This document shows, piece by piece, positions 16,009 through 19,645 of a DNA stretch of 19,645 nucleotides. The notes beneath the pieces were generated by a model. The model had not been told where the DNA came from and did not search any database. It was given only the letters and a program-made list of their open reading frames with translations. The stretch spans positions 1 through 19,645 of the forward strand of contig JBHHYI010000075.1 of assembly GCA_046757525.1 (NCBI GenBank), read 5' to 3'. Each line of letters begins with the position of its first letter. Within the stretch, counting starts at the first letter, position 1. A program made the translations under genes and the position numbers. The DNA comes from a bacterium (GTDB lineage Bacteria; Zhuqueibacterota; Zhuqueibacteria; Oceanimicrobiales; Oceanimicrobiaceae).

Positions 16009-18132
16009 GTGGAATTGTTAGAAAAAAAGTTGAAGGGTGTGACTGTGGGTGTATTGAATGAGTTGCGGAAGAACCTGGACGACCTTGACGGCCGTCTGGT
16101 CGAGCTGTTAGGAAGACGCAAACAAATGGTTGCGGAAATCATTGGCGCGAAGGTCGAAAATAATCTCACGTTGCGCGACAAGGATCGTGAAGCCGAGCAC
16201 ATTGCAAATCTCATCCAACGGGGCAGGTCGTTGGGTCTGGATTCCTATTTCATCACCAAAGTGTTCAACGAAATCATCGATTATTCGTTGCGGGTGCAGC
16301 AGGAATTCCTGGTGCAATCAGACAATCAGCCCGAGCACGCCAACGACCAAATTGTGATTGCGTTTCAGGGCATTGAGGGGGCTTATAGTCATCTTGCCGG
16401 CCAGAAATACTTTGCTTCTAAACTGGAGCAAATCGCCTTTAGAGGGCTGCCGACCTTCAAAGGGGTGGTCGAAAGTGTTGAAAAGGGTGGGGCTGATTTT
16501 GCCATTTTACCCATTGAAAACACCACAGCCGGAAGCATAAACGAGTGTTACGATTTATTGAGCCACACCAAACTCTCCATTGTCGGCGAGGAGATTCTAT
16601 CCGTCAATCACTGCCTCATGGCCAATGAGCAGGTACCGCTGGCGCGTATTCGCCGCATTTATTCCCATCCCAAAGCGTTGGAACAGTGCAGCGACTTTCT
16701 GGCGACTTTAGAGCACTGTACCGTCGAAAGCTTTGTGGACACGGCTATGGCGGTAAAGAAAATCAAGGATGAGAACGATCTGTCCTCAGCCGCCATTGCC
16801 AGCGAATTCGCCGCCCAGATGTACGGATTGACCATCTTGAAGAAAGGCATCGCAAATACCAAAGCGAACTACACCCGGTTTTTCATTGTGGCCCGGAATC
16901 CGGTCAAATATGACCTGCGCATTCCGTGCAAGACGTCGCTCATATTGGCGACCAAGCATGTGGAAGGGGCGCTGGTGCACTGCCTGAACGTTTTGGCCAA
17001 ACACCATTTGAACATGACGAAGTTGGAATCGCGCCCACGGCCAAATGTGCCGTGGGAGTCGCTTTTTTATGTAGATTTTGAAGGGAATATCGAAAACCCC
17101 GAGGTAAAAAAGGCGCTGGACGAGTTGGCGGGTGAAGTGAGCTATTTGAAACTGTTGGGCAGCTATCCGGCCAAGACCATCCAGGGCGCTCAGCCGGTGA
17201 ACGCACAATCTATTTCGCGCAAAGCAGCTAAGATCCCGGAGATGGCGAGAGCGCAAAAGGTGCAGCCAAAAAGGAGCGGCGAGCTGCCTGAGAAAAAGCC
17301 CTACCGTCTGGCCAGCCGTTGTCACAAAGAGAGCGACACCCTGATCCGGGTGAAGGATGTCGTGGTTGGAGGCGAGGATTTTGTGGTCATCGCCGGCCCC
17401 TGTTCGGTGGAGTCCAGGGAGCAGGTTCGGCAGTGTGCCAAGGCGGCCAAAGAAGCGGGCGCCGACATCCTGCGCGGCGGCGTGTTTAAGCCCCGGACCT
17501 CGCCTTACAGTTTTCAGGGATTGGGTTTTGAGGGCTTGAGAATCCTGGCTGAAGCCGGCGAAGAGTTCGGACTGCCCATCATTACGGAAGTGGTGCACCC
17601 CGAGCAATTGGAATCGGTCGCCTCTGAGGCCCATATTTTGCAGATCGGGGCCCGCAACATGCAGAACTTTGCGCTTCTGCGTGAGGTAGGCCAGGTCAAC
17701 AAACCCGTGTTCCTGAAACGGGGCATGATGGCTTCTTTGGACGAGCTGCTGGCTGCTGCGGAATACATTTTGTCCCAGGGCAACCAGCAGGTGATCTTGT
17801 GCGAACGCGGCATCCGGACTTTTGAAACCGCCACCAGAAATACCCTGGACATCTCTGCGGTGCCAGTGCTTCAGTCGCGCAGCCACTTGCCGGTCTTTGT
17901 CGACCCTTCCCATGCCGCTGGCGATTGGCGCTGGGTCACCCCGCTATCAGAAGCAGCCCTTGCAACCAGGGCGCACGGCATCATGGTCGAAATTCACCCG
18001 AACCCGAAAGTCGCAAAAAGCGATGGCGAGCAATCCTTGAAGTTCGAAACCTTTTTTGCCATGATGGAGCGCTTGAAGCGTCTGCGCCGTACCATGTTGT
18101 CAACACGGCAAGAAGACGGCCTCACAAAGTGA
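16009..18132 (+). CDS. pheA/aroF: Trifunctional chorismate mutase / prephenate dehydratase (with ACT) / type I-beta DAHP synthase fusion
   Basis: Aro[26 protein letters not shown]...[31 protein letters not shown] and [83 protein letters not shown] and DPSH. The start may be a later GTG/TTG up to ~16054. Confidence 0.93.
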   Translation: MELLEKKLKGVTVGVLNELRKNLDDLDGRLVELLGRRKQMVAEIIGAKVENNLTLRDKDREAEHIANLIQRGRSLGLDSYFITKVFNEIIDYSLRVQQEFLVQSDNQPEHANDQIVIAFQGIEGAYSHLAGQKYFASKLEQIAFRGLPTFKGVVESVEKGGADFAILPIENTTAGSINECYDLLSHTKLSIVGEEILSVNHCLMANEQVPLARIRRIYSHPKALEQCSDFLATLEHCTVESFVDTAMAVKKIKDENDLSSAAIASEFAAQMYGLTILKKGIANTKANYTRFFIVARNPVKYDLRIPCKTSLILATKHVEGALVHCLNVLAKHHLNMTKLESRPRPNVPWESLFYVDFEGNIENPEVKKALDELAGEVSYLKLLGSYPAKTIQGAQPVNAQSISRKAAKIPEMARAQKVQPKRSGELPEKKPYRLASRCHKESDTLIRVKDVVVGGEDFVVIAGPCSVESREQVRQCAKAAKEAGADILRGGVFKPRTSPYSFQGLGFEGLRILAEAGEEFGLPIITEVVHPEQLESVASEAHILQIGARNMQNFALLREVGQVNKPVFLKRGMMASLDELLAAAEYILSQGNQQVILCERGIRTFETATRNTLDISAVPVLQSRSHLPVFVDPSHAAGDWRWVTPLSEAALATRAHGIMVEIHPNPKVAKSDGEQSLKFETFFAMMERLKRLRRTMLSTRQEDGLTK

Positions 18133-18143
18133 CTCTGGACAAG

Positions 18144-19349
18144 ATGAAATCCATTTCGCACCTTGAGGAGTTTGGCATTAATCGGACAGACAACGACTCG
18201 AAAATAAGGATATTATTCATTATCGACATTCTCTATGGTGTGGGTGGCACGGAAAAACAGTTGCTCGAGCTCATTAAACGCATCGACAAGAAACGGTTTG
18301 CTTGTTACGTGTGTCCTTTTCGTTACACCACGGAGATGATCGAACGAGTGACCGAATTGGGAGGTGAAGTCTGGCCTGCGCCGGTAAAACGGATGTACGG
18401 ACTTTCCGGCATCCATCAGGCCGGTGCAATCATCAAGAAAATCCGACAACACAAAATTGACATCGTCAGTACCTACCATTTCATCGCTGACACCTACGGC
18501 GTGCTCATCTCGAAATTGGCCGGAGTGCCGTGCATCATCTCGAATCGTCGAGACACCGGCGACCACCAGCACAATAAGTATGCACGCCTCATTCAATGGC
18601 TCGATCGTTTTGTTGAAAGGTACCTGGCGGTTTGCACAGAAGTTTCCGAGCACATCGAGAAACACCATCACATCGACAAGGGGAAGATAAAGGTCATTTA
18701 CAATGGCATCGATGTAGAATCAACCCAAAAAATCGACAGGAAGGAGACCGAGAGATTAAGACAACGCTACCACATTAACGGTAAAAATTTTGTCATTGGC
18801 AATATTTCGCACGTGAGACCTGAGAAAGGTTACGATGTTTTTTTCGAAGCTGTTAGAAGAGTAAAAGACCAAATCCCGGAGCTGCAAGTATTTGCTGTGG
18901 GGGATGGCCTGCCTGAAGAACGGGAAATGGTGCGCAGACTTGCCCGCGAAAAAGAGGTCGAAGGCAAGGTGATTTTTACAAATTACGTGCGCAATCCTCT
19001 CGATTATATTTCGCTGCTGGATGTGGCCTGTCTGACGCCTGTTAGAAACGAAGGCTTTTCCAACGCTCTGCTGGAGGAGATGACCCTGGCCAAGCCCATC
19101 GTTGCCACCGACGTGGGCGCGAACGCAGAAGCCATTGTGGACGGCGAAAGCGGATTTATCGTTCCACCGGGAGACCCCGAGGCCCTGGCGCAGGCTATGA
19201 TCAAATACTACCGAAACCCGCAACTGCGAAGGCAAATGGGGCAGGCTGCTTTGCAACGTGTGAAAAACAACTTTACTCTGGACAAAACGATTTCGACGCT
19301 GGAAGCGACTTATTTGTCCCTGTACGCCAAAACTCAGAACCTGAATTAG
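18144..19349 (+). CDS. Glycosyltransferase family 4 (GT-B)
   Basis: Motifs ILFIID.L..GGTEKQL, VIYNGID, RPEKG, VGDG, NEGFSNALLE, PIVATDVG and GFIVPPGDPEALA. The start is ATG 18144 or GTG 18129 (GTGA overlap with the upstream stop); the ORF-track start at 17925 is an artefact. Confidence 0.93.
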   Translation: MKSISHLEEFGINRTDNDSKIRILFIIDILYGVGGTEKQLLELIKRIDKKRFACYVCPFRYTTEMIERVTELGGEVWPAPVKRMYGLSGIHQAGAIIKKIRQHKIDIVSTYHFIADTYGVLISKLAGVPCIISNRRDTGDHQHNKYARLIQWLDRFVERYLAVCTEVSEHIEKHHHIDKGKIKVIYNGIDVESTQKIDRKETERLRQRYHINGKNFVIGNISHVRPEKGYDVFFEAVRRVKDQIPELQVFAVGDGLPEEREMVRRLAREKEVEGKVIFTNYVRNPLDYISLLDVACLTPVRNEGFSNALLEEMTLAKPIVATDVGANAEAIVDGESGFIVPPGDPEALAQAMIKYYRNPQLRRQMGQAALQRVKNNFTLDKTISTLEATYLSLYAKTQNLN

Positions 19350-19564
19350 ACTCCTCTCTCCCCCTTCCAAGAGTTTCAAAGCTTTTTCCGATTGAATGGC
19401 GTGGTTGAATCTCCTTCCCATTTGACTCTGCATCGCTGTTGGTGTGGCAGTTGGCAAAATTCGTAGGATTGGCACTCGAAAAAACGCCACCACGAAACGT
19501 TCGGGTATGAGGACTGCGTCTTCTCAGGCATCCGTCAGTGGCCGGACGGATCCGTCGGGTGCCC

Positions 19565-19645
19565 ATAGGCGTCAACTTAAGCCCCCAAATTGTCATTTCG
19601 ACCCGGCAGCCGCCGGGGAGAAATCTGGTTTGTGCCTAAATCAGA
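19565..19645. repeat. Start of a REP-like / miniature palindromic element, truncated by the window edge
   Basis: TGTCATTTCGA, hairpin CCCGGC-AGCC-GCCGGG (19602-19617), GAGAAATCT, then a second hairpin TCTGGTTT-GTGCCT-AAATCAGA (19624-19645). It is preceded by ATAGGCGTCAACTTAAGC. From memory it resembles GTCATTTCGA...GAGAAATCT intergenic repeats; copy number cannot be seen here. Confidence 0.55.

Noticed and set aside
17925..18128. N-terminal extension of the GT4 ORF (likewise 7650-7739 of PIG-L and 15222-15287 of the lipoprotein)
   Set aside because: The first two overlap upstream coding sequence, and each has a better start downstream.
17300..18132. C-terminal domain as KDO8P synthase (KdsA), given the polysaccharide context
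   Set aside because: It carries the DAHPS-specific KPRT motif ([12 protein letters not shown]), not KANRS, and is fused to PheA.
1..19645. CRISPR array, tRNA/rRNA, transposase, integrase or defence genes
   Set aside because: No regularly spaced repeats, cloverleaf or rRNA signatures, or matching protein motifs were seen.

Overview
All genuine genes lie on the + strand and form a bacterial exopolysaccharide/capsule (Wzx/Wzy-type) locus. It opens with a PEGA/DUF5683-like secreted protein and an FN3-repeat lipoprotein whose stop overlaps the start of a cysteine-free Wza/OPX export protein. A split Wzc follows (polysaccharide co-polymerase plus a separate BY tyrosine kinase). Next is an amino-sugar module: DegT aminotransferase, PglC-type phosphoglycosyltransferase, PIG-L deacylase, N-formyltransferase and a PglF/CapD-type 4,6-dehydratase. 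Then come two GNAT proteins flanking a NodB deacetylase, an orphan lipoprotein, a single-chain chorismate mutase-prephenate dehydratase-ACT-DAHP synthase, a GT4 glycosyltransferase and the start of a REP-like palindromic element at the right edge. The most notable points are: (1) the dehydratase carries an N-terminal phosphoglycosyltransferase domain with its catalytic motifs mutated, while an intact stand-alone copy lies upstream; (2) a formyltransferase/deacylase pair suggests formyl protection or an acetyl-to-formyl swap on the initiating sugar; (3) the CM-PDT-ACT-DAHPS fusion; (4) a SOD/CHRD-like lipoprotein lacking the metal-binding histidines; (5) the unusual proteins coupled to the exporter. 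No wzx, wzy or wzb is visible in the window. All calls come from motif recognition by eye; no database search was run.
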